Shown here: positions 27,826-38,140 of the stretch, piece after piece
Layout: each line of letters starts with the position of its first letter
Position numbering within the stretch: position 1 is the first letter of the stretch
Source: Terriglobia bacterium
GTDB taxonomy: Bacteria > Acidobacteriota > Terriglobia > 20CM-2-55-15
Length of the DNA: 64,000 nt
Reading direction: 5' to 3'
Assembly (NCBI GenBank): GCA_965218585.1
Contig: CBDCLE010000002.1
Location: 288,001 to 352,000 of the forward strand
Notes under the pieces: generated by a model
The model's input: the letters and a program-made list of their open reading frames with translations, nothing else
Told to the model about the DNA's origin: nothing
The model's database searches: none
Program-made: the position numbers and the translations under genes

Positions 27826-29742
27826 ATGAAGTTCTTTCGACTGGCGTTGATCGCGTCTTTTGCGGTCTCTCTGTCAGCCCAAAACAACAATGCGGAAGAA
27901 TCCTTGTTCCAGGCGATCCAAAGCGGTGATACCGCCGCGGTGGCGCGACTGATTGACGACGGAGTCAGCGCCAACATCACAGACGAAGAGGGCATTCCGG
28001 TACTGATGCTGGCCACTCTTTTCGCGGATGCCGAATGTGTCGAGGTGCTGTTGGAGGGTGGAGCGGATCCCAACCAGGCCGATGCTGTGGGTGCGACGGC
28101 ATTGATGTGGGCTGTTCCTGACCTCGAAAAGGTTCGGCTGCTGATCGACCACGGTGCGGACGTCAACGCGCGATCCGATGGGCTCGGTCGGACCGCACTA
28201 CTGATTGCGGCTGGATATCCGGGGACCAGTAGCGTCCTCGAGTTGCTCCTGGACCACGGAGCCGACCAGAGGGCCACAGATCCCAATGGCTTTACCGCGC
28301 TGGCGATGGCTATGCGGTCCTCCGATGTAGGGGTGTTGAGGTTCCTGGTTGACAGAGGTATGGATCCCGGCGAAGAGGTCCCTGCTGCGGCGTTGCGAGC
28401 TGTTTACGTCCGGGACCGGCCAGAGACGATCGATTACCTGATGTCCCGGGGGCTCCGCATTACCGAAGGCGCCTTGATCGATGCGTCCAACAGACGGAGC
28501 CCCGAGTTGATCGAGCAATGGATCGAGCAGGGAGCAAACGCCAATGCCGAGGGCCGCCCTTACGGCAAGACGCCGTTGCTGACGGCGGCATCTTCGGAAC
28601 TGGCGGGCCCGGAGACGTTACGGCTCCTGATCGAAAGTGGCGCCGACCCAAACGCGGAGACCACTGAAGGCGAGAGACCGCTTGATTGGGCAATCTACAG
28701 AGCGGATCAAGCAAGAATAGCCGTGCTTCGGGAGCTTGGAGCGACACGGGGCGACGGTCCGCGACAGGAAGTTTTTGCTGCGCCCCGGCCGGGGGGGATT
28801 GCCGATCCTCGACTCTCCGTAAGGCGAGGTGTTCGGCTACTGCTCGAGTCCGCTCCACCGGTGTTCGATTCGCGCGCATGTATCAGTTGTCACCACAACA
28901 CGGTACCGGCGGCCGCCGCGACTCTGGCCCGGCGTAAGGGTATCCCCCTGGATGAGGATCTGGTTTCGGAGAACATTGACGACATTCTTACCGTATCCGC
29001 GTTGGCCCGAAACCCGATGATGCAGGGAGTCGCGGCCGTTCCGGGAGGGCACGCCCTGACGCTCGGGTCCAGCCAGATGGCGCTTCACGGGGAGGGTTAT
29101 CCACTGGACAAGGTGACGGCGTCGATGACGCATTGGATCCTGGCCTCGCAGATGCCCAACGGAAGCTGGCTCGGGAACGGCGTCAACCGGCCTCCGATCG
29201 AATACAGTACCGTCACCCACACGGCGATGGGGGTCCGGGGCCTGACTCTCTATCCGACTCCGGGAGGTGCGGCTCGGATCGAGGAGGCTCTGGAGAAGGC
29301 TCGGGGCTGGCTGCTGTCTGCGGAAACCAACTCGGCCGAAGAGCGTGCCATGCGGCTCGTGGGCCTGGTCTGGGCTGACGCGCCCGTGTCCGCCTGGGAA
29401 CCAGCGATTCAGGAGATACTCCGGCAACAGACAGCGACGGGAGGTTGGTCACAACTGCCACAGTTGGATCCGGACGCTTATGCGACGGGGATATCCCTTT
29501 TTGCGCTGCATGAGGCCGGTATTCGGGTGGCCGACGAGGCATACCGGAAAGGCGTGGAGTTTCTACTGAGCACGCAATACCAGGACGGATCGTGGTTGGT
29601 CAAGAGTCGGGCTTTTCCGTTGCAGCCGTACTTTGAAAGCGGCTTTCCGTTCGGCCGGCATCAGTGGGTTTCAGCGGCCGGTACGGCCTGGGCCGCACTC
29701 GCCATCGCCCACACGTTACCGGATACCGAAAGCGTGGACTGA
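27826..29742 (+). CDS. Exported ankyrin-repeat + prenyltransferase/squalene-cyclase-like barrel protein with CxxCH
   Basis: Signal peptide, several GADPN/GxTAL ankyrin repeats, CISCHH, Q..GSW/GGW repeats, YFESGFPFGRHQWVSAAGT. Confidence 0.85.
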   Translation: MKFFRLALIASFAVSLSAQNNNAEESLFQAIQSGDTAAVARLIDDGVSANITDEEGIPVLMLATLFADAECVEVLLEGGADPNQADAVGATALMWAVPDLEKVRLLIDHGADVNARSDGLGRTALLIAAGYPGTSSVLELLLDHGADQRATDPNGFTALAMAMRSSDVGVLRFLVDRGMDPGEEVPAAALRAVYVRDRPETIDYLMSRGLRITEGALIDASNRRSPELIEQWIEQGANANAEGRPYGKTPLLTAASSELAGPETLRLLIESGADPNAETTEGERPLDWAIYRADQARIAVLRELGATRGDGPRQEVFAAPRPGGIADPRLSVRRGVRLLLESAPPVFDSRACISCHHNTVPAAAATLARRKGIPLDEDLVSENIDDILTVSALARNPMMQGVAAVPGGHALTLGSSQMALHGEGYPLDKVTASMTHWILASQMPNGSWLGNGVNRPPIEYSTVTHTAMGVRGLTLYPTPGGAARIEEALEKARGWLLSAETNSAEERAMRLVGLVWADAPVSAWEPAIQEILRQQTATGGWSQLPQLDPDAYATGISLFALHEAGIRVADEAYRKGVEFLLSTQYQDGSWLVKSRAFPLQPYFESGFPFGRHQWVSAAGTAWAALAIAHTLPDTESVD

Positions 29743-29867
29743 TCACGCGCCTGACCCCAAACCCTCGGTTCAAACTTTGAGCACAGCACTCGCCTGGGGA
29801 TCAAAAGACTCCCTCTCCGGTTCGCGTCCGCTTTCCTGTTGCCACGTATTCGTGTAAAAAAGAACAT

Positions 29868-30000
29868 ATGGCAGACACCGAAGTCCTACTGGAACCGGCG
29901 ATACAGCCGATGCGCCGGCTCCTTTCATACCTGACGCCCATGCGGCGCCGACTCTCCACTTCCGTTGGTTATTCAGTTGCGAACAAGATACTCGACCTAG
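29868..30000 (+). pseudogene. 5' stub of an ABC transporter (TMD-ATPase type), truncated by IS1380
   Basis: QPMRRLLSYLTP...SVANKILDLA ends exactly at the IS1380 IR. Confidence 0.6.
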
Positions 30001-31737
30001 CCCGCATGTTTCACCAGTCCGGCGATCAGGGGGATTTGGGCAGTAAGAATCGGATTCGGGAGGATCTGGGTTCGAATTGGGCATGTGTGGCGTGACTCGG
30101 CGGTGTCGACAAGCGGGAGTTGCTGCGTTTTCGGGTTCAGAAGAGGGTGACGAAACGCACTGAGACAAACCTCGGCGGAGCCGAAAAGAGCGAGTCGATT
30201 TTGGCGCAGGGGATCGGGTCGGTTCTCAGCAGCGCAGAGGAAGCGCCTGCAGGTTTCGATGGACGAGGGCAAAGACCTCGGCGTAGGGATAGGCTTCCGA
30301 CATGGAGATCCAGATGTTGCGAACCGTCAGACGGACTTGAGCTCCGATCTTGAGGAGCTTCAAGCGGATCGTCTGGCACTGAGCGCGGGCCAGATCGGTA
30401 TTCTTCAGTCCCAGACGGCGTAACGCGTGCAGGAGCATGTAGGCGGCCGAGGACAGATAGAGCCGGAGTTGATTGGCGCGCATGGTTGCCGCGCTGGTCC
30501 GGTCGGCGAATAGATCCAACTGCTGTTCCTTGATGCGATTTTCCATGTCGCCCCGCGCACAGTAAAAGTCTTCATAGAGGGCGCGGGCGTCCAGGCGTTC
30601 CGGCGACAGTGAGGTCACAACGAATCGAGGATTGGCGCCTTTCTCCAGGAACTCGGCCTTGCCGATGACGCGTCGGGTGCAGGTCCAGCTCTTCCGAGTG
30701 CGATACCGGAAATCGTTAAACACCCGCGCCGGTTTCCCGGTGTCGTTAAACTCGGCTTCGGCCTGACTCATCGATTCAGCGATCTCGCGCTTGAGCCGAT
30801 CGTTCTTGGCCAGACCCACCACGTAATCGACCTGGTGGGCCTCGCACCAACTCAGCAATTCATCCCGGCAAAAGCCCGAGTCGGCCCGGATGATAATCGA
30901 CACCTCCGGCCAGCTCTGCCGGATCTGGCCGATGATGCGGTTCAATTCCTCGACGGCGCCGTCCGCACCGTCGACATTGGAGCACCGCAACCGGGCGCAT
31001 AGCAGATGCTCTCCCGAAAAGATGTAGAGCGGCAGATAACAGTAGTTGCCGTAGTAGCCGTGAAAGAACCGTCCTTCCTGATGGCCATGGATCGGATCAT
31101 CGGTCGCATCCAGGTCCAGAACAATCTCCTCGGGCGCCGATCCGTGAGCCGCCACAAATGCATCCACCATCCAGCGGTCGATCTTGTCCGGGTCCATGGC
31201 CATCTTCTTGTACCGCTCCTTCCCATCGACTTGCTCCCCGGTCAGTTCCAACCGGTTCAGCGTACACTTGCCCGCCAACGCTTTTCCCCGGTCTCGGGCC
31301 TGCCGCCGCTTCTCCCCCAGTGGATCGGCCTTATCCACCGCCACGGCCAGCATCGGATCGGTCCGCAGTTGGTCATGATCGTTCAGATCCTCGTAGCCCA
31401 GACAGAGTCCGTAGACGCGCTGCCCCAATAACTCGCTCACCGTGTGTTCGATCAACCTCGCGTCCCGGTAATCCCTGAAACACTCGGCCAGTCCGGCGAT
31501 CAGACCCGTTCGCTTTTCCACTTCCCTCAACAGCAGAACCCCAGCGTCGGAGGTGATCTTTCCGCCGTCAAAACGCGCCTTCACTTTTCGTTGAAGAAGT
31601 CCGTGAAATTCGAACGTCGTTTGGTTACACTCTGTTCTCATAAGGGCCGTCTCCGTTTGGCTTGTTAAACGTTTATTTCAAAACGCTTTATGCCAGACAG
31701 GGCGGCCTTTTCTGGTCCTATCGGTGAAATATGCGGG
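30001..31737 (-). mobile_element. IS1380-family element
   Basis: IRs CCCGCAT(G/A)TTTCACC; CTAG on both flanks. Confidence 0.92.
30226..31641 (-). CDS. IS1380 family transposase
   Basis: FDGGKITSDAG, LDLDATDDPIHG, RADSGF, YCARGDMENRIKEQQ. Confidence 0.96.
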   Translation of the reverse strand: MRTECNQTTFEFHGLLQRKVKARFDGGKITSDAGVLLLREVEKRTGLIAGLAECFRDYRDARLIEHTVSELLGQRVYGLCLGYEDLNDHDQLRTDPMLAVAVDKADPLGEKRRQARDRGKALAGKCTLNRLELTGEQVDGKERYKKMAMDPDKIDRWMVDAFVAAHGSAPEEIVLDLDATDDPIHGHQEGRFFHGYYGNYCYLPLYIFSGEHLLCARLRCSNVDGADGAVEELNRIIGQIRQSWPEVSIIIRADSGFCRDELLSWCEAHQVDYVVGLAKNDRLKREIAESMSQAEAEFNDTGKPARVFNDFRYRTRKSWTCTRRVIGKAEFLEKGANPRFVVTSLSPERLDARALYEDFYCARGDMENRIKEQQLDLFADRTSAATMRANQLRLYLSSAAYMLLHALRRLGLKNTDLARAQCQTIRLKLLKIGAQVRLTVRNIWISMSEAYPYAEVFALVHRNLQALPLRC

Positions 31738-31979
31738 CTAGAAATACAGCTATAAAAAGCCGAATAAGAAGCGAAAAAAGTTGGGGGAATGTTTTCGCCC
31801 AAACGGCACTTTCTGTAACGCATTCCTTTTAAAAGACTTCGATGCCACTCTTGCTGGCCGGGTCGGCTCTTTCCACCGATCCGTAATTTCATAGTCTGTT
31901 GATCACGTTGAAGTTACCGGAACCCCACTTGTCGTTTTTCGCGCTTTAATCGCCCAAATCGCCCAGCTAGGCTCGGGTC

Positions 31980-32273
31980 GTGATGAACGAAATCCTCGAC
32001 TCGGGTCTCAGTCAGCCGCCCCGCATTCTGAGGCTGCCGGCCGGCCGGGCCCGCAGGGGACTGGCGCGCAGCACCATCTCCCTGCGCATTGCCCAGGGCC
32101 GTTTTCCAAGGCCCATTTCTCTGGGCGAGTGGGCCGTCGGCTGGATCGACGTGGAGATGGATGCCGGGTTGCGGCAGCAGATCGAGGCCAGCCGCCGGGA
32201 GCCGGAGCCGCTGATCAGGCCATTTGGCGAGTTCGGCAACCTTTCAACGGAAGCTGAATTTCACGAGGCGTGA
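31980..32273 (+). pseudogene. Degenerate AlpA-family regulator
   Basis: LRLP...GLARSTI..RIAQGRFPRPISLGEWAVGW. Confidence 0.7.
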
Positions 32274-32390
32274 AACGGGGGATCGCGGTCGAAGTGTCGT
32301 GGGAACTCCGAGAGCAGATCGGTTTGACGGCGGCACCGTGGAAGCGGTCAACGCGGCCGGGACCGGCACGAACAGGAATGGAGGCGCGCG

Positions 32391-32726
32391 ATGGCGGAGA
32401 AATTCTTTTCCCAGCGCGGGGAAGACGACACGGAGAAGGTTTCCGGCGAGCTCATCGAACAGGCTCACGATGAAGAACGCGACAGAGCCGAGGCGGAAAA
32501 CCTTGCCCGGCCCCCGGCAGGGGCGGCCGTCTCTCAGAGTGAACGCGATTGGGCGTGGTGCCGGGAGGCGCTTCGGCGCGGGCTGGACCCGGCCATTGTC
32601 CGGGCTCGCCTGGAAGACCGGCGGGCCGAGGATCAACCCAACCCAGAACACTACGCACGGCGCACCCTCGAGCGCGCTGAGGCTTCGCTTCGGCGGGAGA
32701 TACCGGCCCCGGAGATCGAACGCTGA
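32391..32726 (+). pseudogene. Remnant of a RepB'-type primase C-terminal helical domain
   Basis: SQSERDWAWCREALRRG...YARRTLERA resembles the RepB' C-domain; the catalytic part is absent. Confidence 0.5.
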
Positions 32727-33234
32727 TGGGTGATGCGCTGACACGAGACGAACTCCGAAAGATCGTCGTTGACGAGATCCAAGAGTATTTGTCGACCTAT
32801 CGCGGAGCGGGTACCGCGGAGCGGTCCAAGGTCGGAACCGAACTATCGAGCGCAATGACACGGATTACAGCCGATTTATTGAAAAAGCGGGAAGGGCTTG
32901 TTGCCGCGTTTGCCGTGCCCGGCCAGGTCGATCACGTCATCCGTACCTGGGGACGGGCTATTTTCACCGGCACGCTGATGCTCGCGGGAGTCCTCGGCGC
33001 GGCCTGGCTCGGCATCGCCGCGACCGAACAACGATTTCGGTGGCAGGTGGCAAAGAACGCGGAGATCGCCGAACAGATTGCCGCGCAGGAACGCATCCTG
33101 GATCAACTCAACCGGAGGACGGGCGCGCTTACTCTGGAGGACGTTGCTTCGTGCTTTTTCCCGCTGACGCCGATGTAGCGGCTGTGTATCGGCTCAACAA
33201 TCGGCCGGCCGTCGAGGTTGAATGCCATGAGTGA
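32726..33234 (+). pseudogene. MobB/MbeB-like membrane protein, probable frameshift at ~33135
   Basis: TM + coiled coil; a C-terminal GGRCFVLFP tail in another frame ends overlapping the next gene. Confidence 0.4.
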
Positions 33235-34036
33235 ACGGGATGCCAATGAGAAACGGAAGATCCCGGTAGGCAAACTCGCCAGCCTGGTCCATTCAGCTGT
33301 TAACAAGAACACGGTCCCTCAACAGGCCGACGCTTCCGAGGAAGGCCAGGGACCGAAGGAGCCGGAGCGGGGCAAGGACCCCGAGAGCAAGCGTGTCAGG
33401 GAATTGGTCAAACTACTCACGGCCGCGATTGATTCCAATGATGCGAAGACCGACGAAAAGATCATCGCACTTGCCCGCAATCTCTCCGAACGAAAACGGA
33501 GTCTGATCCAGATCGCGGCGGTGAAGATCAAACAGACCGAAGAACGGACCGAAGTGGCCCTCGATCAATTTACAGACCGGATCGTGACGTTTCATGACGT
33601 GCTCACCAAAACACTGAAGGAAGGCAATGCGCAGAAAGCTCTCGAGAGAGCGCAAAAGACGCTGGATGACATCCACATGAGTTATTGGGATCGCTTCGTC
33701 AAGGGTGTCAATGACACGTATCAGAACAAACTCGATGACGCGAAGCAGCAGATACAGGGCGTTCTTGACAAGGCGACCGACAACTTTTCCAAGCAAATCG
33801 CCGCACTATTGGACAAGTCCATACGCGAGGTTCAATCGCCCGTCGGGTCGCTCAAGCTCCGGGCCTTCCGGGAGAGGCGATTGCTTATCGGGGCGCTGGT
33901 CCTGGGGCTGATGCTGGGATCTGTCCTTGGAATCATGCGCCACACACTCTGGAACAGCGCCGAGGTGGCCAGCCGTCAGGCGCTCCGCGTGTTCGGTCCT
34001 TTCGTCCTGCCACTCTCAGGTCGGAGTGAACAATGA
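33227..34036 (+). CDS. Coiled-coil protein with C-terminal TM (mobilization-accessory-like)
   Basis: ORF track; long helical region followed by LLIGALVLGLMLGSVLGIM. Confidence 0.55.
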   Translation: MSERDANEKRKIPVGKLASLVHSAVNKNTVPQQADASEEGQGPKEPERGKDPESKRVRELVKLLTAAIDSNDAKTDEKIIALARNLSERKRSLIQIAAVKIKQTEERTEVALDQFTDRIVTFHDVLTKTLKEGNAQKALERAQKTLDDIHMSYWDRFVKGVNDTYQNKLDDAKQQIQGVLDKATDNFSKQIAALLDKSIREVQSPVGSLKLRAFRERRLLIGALVLGLMLGSVLGIMRHTLWNSAEVASRQALRVFGPFVLPLSGRSEQ

Positions 34037-34056
34037 CCCCACATCGGGAGGTGAGC

Positions 34057-34242
34057 ATGCCACGACAGATCCGTGTTGCAACGACGCCGGAGGAATTTAA
34101 CGCCTGTTGGGCCAGTGGCGAGGCGTTCGAGGCGTCGGAAGAGTTGGCCGCCCGGATGGGATTTTTCCCGACCACCGAGGACGTCATCAGCGACGAGGAA
34201 TTTTTTGCCGCGCCCGATCCGAACCAGCCGGAGGCGGATTAA
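34057..34242 (+). CDS. Small acidic protein (IncP TraD-like)
   Basis: GGAGG RBS; AARMGFF..EDVISDEE resembles, from memory, the IncP TraD motif; directly precedes the ArdC-domain gene. Confidence 0.45.
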   Translation: MPRQIRVATTPEEFNACWASGEAFEASEELAARMGFFPTTEDVISDEEFFAAPDPNQPEAD

Positions 34243-36306
34243 ATGAGCCGGAGAAAAGACTTCATTGATTCTCTCCTCGATGGCGCGTCTCGATTGCATC
34301 GCGCCGCCGGGGGTCACACCCATCACCAGGTCGGCGACCTTCTCGAACGTGGCGCGGATCCAAACATCCGCAATTGGCGGGGCGAGACACCCCTGCATCG
34401 GGCCGCCATCCGGAATCCCGACCTGGATGTATCCCGCACCTTGATTAACGCCCGGGCCGACGTAAACGCCCGGGACGAGACAGGCGCGACGCCATTGCAC
34501 CGGGCCGCGCACAACCCAACCACGGGTCGCGCCCATCTCTTGATAGAGGCGGGGGCGGATGTCGGTGCCCGCGATCACGAGGGACGAACCCCTCTGCATC
34601 ATGCCGCGGAGTCGGGGCGCGAGGAAATGATCGTCTGTTTCATCGAAGCCGGGGCCGACCCGAACGTGCGCGATAACGCGGGCGAGACGCCCCTGCATCG
34701 GGCCCTCGACAAGGGTTGGGGTGAGGGCACCGAGACTCTTCTCAATCATGGGGCCGATCCGAGGGTTCGCGACAACGCGGGGCGGATTCCAATGCACCTG
34801 GCCTATGCCGCCGACCGGCAGGACCTGGTGAATCGGCTCGGCGAAGCCGGGACCCACCTGGAGGCGCGGGATGATACGGGCCGTGTGCCTGTCCAATACG
34901 TTCGCTCCGGAGACGTGCGGACAAGCCCGGAATCGAAGGCGCGGATTCAAGACACTGTCAATCCGGCCGATTCAGAAGGACGCACTCCCTTGCATCGTGC
35001 CGCTGAAAAAGCCTCCTATATCGGCACGCACCGATTGCTTCAACAGGGAGCGGATCCGAACGTTCGCGACAACGAGGGACGGACCCCTCTGGAATTGGCG
35101 ACCGCCAGGCGCGCGCGGCTCGATCACGATGCGCTTCCCATGGGCGATGAAACGGTGCGGCACTTCGAGAAGGTCGCCACGCCCCAACCAGAACACAAAC
35201 CCCACACCGATACCCATCCCGGCAGGGGGCGGCCCACGCGCGGAAAGACAAGCACCGAAGAGTATTACAGGCAGTTTGCCGACGACATCATCTCCCAGAT
35301 CGAGCGTGGCACCGCGCCGTGGCAGAAGCACTGGAAGCCCGGCGAAAACCGATTGCCCGAAAACTTCTCTACGGGCGCGCGCCATCAAGGCGGGAATGCG
35401 TTGCAACTGATGGTCAAGCGCACCGGGCGCGCCTGGAACGATCACCGCTGGGGCACCTACAACCAGATCAAAGAGGCCGGGGGGCAGGTGCGGAAAGGCG
35501 AACGGGGCACCACGATCCTCGTCTACAAGCCGCCGATGCGGGCCGACGGGAAGGAAGCCACCCCGGGCGAGCTGGCCGAAGACGGCCGCAAGAATCCCGA
35601 TGCTCGGAAGACAACGCGGCCCATGTGGAAACGCTACACCGTGTTCAACGTCGAGCAAGCCGACGGGTTGAAACTCCCCAACCGGGCCGCGCCGACTCCC
35701 GAATGGGAGGCGCAGCAGAACGTCGAGAAAGTCATCGAGGCGAATGGTGTGCCGATCCGCGAAGTCAACGGCGACCGGGCCTACTACAACATGCCGCGCG
35801 ACGAGATCGTCCTGCCCGACCGGTCGCAATTCAAGAACGCGGAAGGCTATTACCAGACCGCGCTCCATGAAGTCGGCCACAGCACCGGACACGAGAGCCG
35901 CATGAACCGGGAGAGTCTTCAACAGGGCATCAAGGACGGCTTCGGGTCGGAGGCTTACGCGCGGGAAGAACTGCGGGCGGAAATCAGCGCCATGATGTCC
36001 TCCGATCGCCTGGGCGTGGCCTACGAACCGCAACACGGAACCGCCTACGTCAAGGGATGGGTCGAGGTGCTCCAGGACGACCCGAAGGAAATCCACAAGG
36101 CGGCGGCCGAGGCCGGACGCATTTCCGACTATGTCTGCGAAGCGCCCGAGCGCAACCGAGCCAAGACCATGGGCGAGACCAGGGATCGACCCACCGTAAC
36201 GGGCGAGGTGCCGGGACGCGGGCGGGCGATGCCCACTCCGGTGGTCGCGCATCAACCGCAACCGGCGGTCCCGACGAGGGCACCTGAAATCGAGTTGAGC
36301 CGCTAA
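34243..36306 (+). CDS. Ankyrin-repeat / ArdC (ssDNA-binding + zincin metallopeptidase) fusion
   Basis: ~7-8 GxTPLH/GADPN repeats (aa ~10-290), then GTAPWQKHW, RWGTYNQI..GGQVRKGERG, YTVFNVEQ, LHEVGHSTGH, YAREELRAE. Confidence 0.92.
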   Translation: MSRRKDFIDSLLDGASRLHRAAGGHTHHQVGDLLERGADPNIRNWRGETPLHRAAIRNPDLDVSRTLINARADVNARDETGATPLHRAAHNPTTGRAHLLIEAGADVGARDHEGRTPLHHAAESGREEMIVCFIEAGADPNVRDNAGETPLHRALDKGWGEGTETLLNHGADPRVRDNAGRIPMHLAYAADRQDLVNRLGEAGTHLEARDDTGRVPVQYVRSGDVRTSPESKARIQDTVNPADSEGRTPLHRAAEKASYIGTHRLLQQGADPNVRDNEGRTPLELATARRARLDHDALPMGDETVRHFEKVATPQPEHKPHTDTHPGRGRPTRGKTSTEEYYRQFADDIISQIERGTAPWQKHWKPGENRLPENFSTGARHQGGNALQLMVKRTGRAWNDHRWGTYNQIKEAGGQVRKGERGTTILVYKPPMRADGKEATPGELAEDGRKNPDARKTTRPMWKRYTVFNVEQADGLKLPNRAAPTPEWEAQQNVEKVIEANGVPIREVNGDRAYYNMPRDEIVLPDRSQFKNAEGYYQTALHEVGHSTGHESRMNRESLQQGIKDGFGSEAYAREELRAEISAMMSSDRLGVAYEPQHGTAYVKGWVEVLQDDPKEIHKAAAEAGRISDYVCEAPERNRAKTMGETRDRPTVTGEVPGRGRAMPTPVVAHQPQPAVPTRAPEIELSR

Positions 36307-36324
36307 CAGAAGGAGGGGCCCGGA

Positions 36325-36594
36325 ATGACGGACACGAAACCGGCCGATGAGATCCGCTTCGGCCGTGTCAAGGGGACAATCTGGATGAATCCCACCGAGG
36401 ACGGACAGGCCCGCTACAGCGTCGTCTTTTCACGCGTCTACCGCGCCGGTGAGCAGTGGAAGAGTACGCACAGCTTCGGCCGCAATGACCTCTTGCTCCT
36501 GGCCAAGGTCGCCGACATCGCACACACCCGGATCTGGGCGCTTCGACAGGATGAAGCAGCCGCGGCCGAGCCGGCGCCCGAGACAGAGGCATAG
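36325..36594 (+). CDS. Small putative ssDNA-binding (PC4/SpoVG-like) protein
   Basis: IRFGRVKGTIWMN...YSVVFSRVYR.GEQWKSTHSFGRNDLL; strong RBS. Confidence 0.65.
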   Translation: MTDTKPADEIRFGRVKGTIWMNPTEDGQARYSVVFSRVYRAGEQWKSTHSFGRNDLLLLAKVADIAHTRIWALRQDEAAAAEPAPETEA

Positions 36595-36598
36595 CCGC

Positions 36599-37510
36599 GT
36601 GGCGCGCTTTGACATCCGGGAGACGACAACGCGTGACCGGCAACCGGAGCCTGGACCCGAGCGCCGGCCCGACCGGGGGGCGGAGCGCCCCGGACATCGG
36701 CGCACCTACGATCCGCGCCGGGAGTGCCAGGACATCAAAGAGCGAATGCGTGCCGCTGTGGCAGACGTCGGTCATTACCGGGTCCTCGCCCTGGCCGATC
36801 TTGTCCGAGAGCGGTTCGGGGGGAACCCGTTTGCGGCGCGCAAGGCCGTCAACCGAATGAAGGCCGATGGACTGGTCACCGAACGCACCCTTCATGGGCC
36901 CAAGGGCGGGACCTACCGTGTGTTGACTCCCACGGAACAGGGAGCCCGCCGCGCCCTCGAGCAAGGCAGTCAATGGGGCCTGGACCCCGAACAACGAATA
37001 TGGGGGAGCCCACTACCGAAAGCTCACGACGCGAGCCACGATGTGGCCATCTACCGGGCGGCACGGGCCGAACAGGCCCGCTTCCAACAACGCGGGGCAA
37101 CGCTTCGGCGCATCCGCATCGACGCGGAACTGAAAGGTGAGATCAATAGCCGATCCGAGACCGCGCGCATCCGTGGCGGCCAGGAGGCAGCCAACCGGGA
37201 GCGCGAGAAAGCCGCCCGAGAACTCCATCTGCCCGTCCAGGACGGCCGGGTGCAGTATCCCGACGCGCAGCTGGAATTTCTCGAATCCGACGGCCTCACC
37301 CGAGGCCACGTCAACATCGAAGTCGTCTCCGGCAACTACCGGGCCGCCGACATCGCGGCCAAGGCCGCGGCGGGATTCCAGATGCACGGCAACGGCAGCC
37401 CGCGCGCCCAATCGCTCATCGCCAGTGCAGCACAACTCGCCCGGTCGGCGAGTCAGGGCGGTGGCGGTGGCGGTGGTGGCGAACGTGGCAAGGGAGTCAT
37501 CGAACTATGA
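36599..37510 (+). CDS. Replication-relaxation (MOB_C-like) relaxase candidate
   Basis: wHTH-like N-terminus, HDVAIY, PDAQLEF...VNIEVVSGNY (PD-(D/E)xK-like core). Confidence 0.6.
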   Translation: MARFDIRETTTRDRQPEPGPERRPDRGAERPGHRRTYDPRRECQDIKERMRAAVADVGHYRVLALADLVRERFGGNPFAARKAVNRMKADGLVTERTLHGPKGGTYRVLTPTEQGARRALEQGSQWGLDPEQRIWGSPLPKAHDASHDVAIYRAARAEQARFQQRGATLRRIRIDAELKGEINSRSETARIRGGQEAANREREKAARELHLPVQDGRVQYPDAQLEFLESDGLTRGHVNIEVVSGNYRAADIAAKAAAGFQMHGNGSPRAQSLIASAAQLARSASQGGGGGGGGERGKGVIEL

Positions 37511-37824
37511 AACCGATCTTCTTTGGCATCGGCATCACGGCGGTGTGGGCCGGGACGGCTGTTCTTTTGGTCGGGTCGCAACTCGATTTCCTATCGCCCT
37601 GGTGGGGCGCGATCCTTCGCACCTATTGGCTCACGCTTACTCTTCACGCGGCGGCGGCGTGCGTCACGAGCATCGTGGTGTTCTACGAGCTGGCACGTGT
37701 GCTGGGGCTGGCCGATCTGGGGCGGCGGGTTGAATTGGTAGAGCGCGGCATTCGCCGTGGCTCCGGGGATCGGGACCTTCAACAGGCTCTCGAACGGGGC
37801 GATGACGGTCTGTATCCCGATTAA
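37507..37824 (+). CDS. Small two-TM conjugation-region protein
   Basis: Overlaps the previous stop (ATGA); two hydrophobic helices. Confidence 0.6.
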   Translation: MKPIFFGIGITAVWAGTAVLLVGSQLDFLSPWWGAILRTYWLTLTLHAAAACVTSIVVFYELARVLGLADLGRRVELVERGIRRGSGDRDLQQALERGDDGLYPD

Positions 37825-37846
37825 CAAACGAACAGGGAGGGCAACG

Positions 37847-38140
37847 ATGACTCTGGTTACAAACAACACATGGTGGCACCGCGGCCTGGGGGTCGTGGCG
37901 ATTCTGCTATGCGCTCCGGTCGCGGTATGGGCGCAGAGCCCCTGGCTCCAGGCCATCACCGTCCTGGAGGCCGCATTTACCGGGCCGATCGCGCGCGGGC
38001 TGGCCCTGATCAGCATCGTCTGTGGCGGCCTGATGTTCGCCTTCGGCGAGGGCGGCAGCAAGAAGGCCATGGCCGGGATCATCTTCGGGGTGGGCATGGC
38101 CGTGGGTGCGGTCAATTTCCTCGGCTGGCTGTTTCCCTGA
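37847..38140 (+). CDS. virB2: TrbC/VirB2 pilin
   Basis: Signal AWAQ-like cleavage, FTGPIARGLALISIVCGGLMFAFGEG. Confidence 0.88.
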   Translation: MTLVTNNTWWHRGLGVVAILLCAPVAVWAQSPWLQAITVLEAAFTGPIARGLALISIVCGGLMFAFGEGGSKKAMAGIIFGVGMAVGAVNFLGWLFP

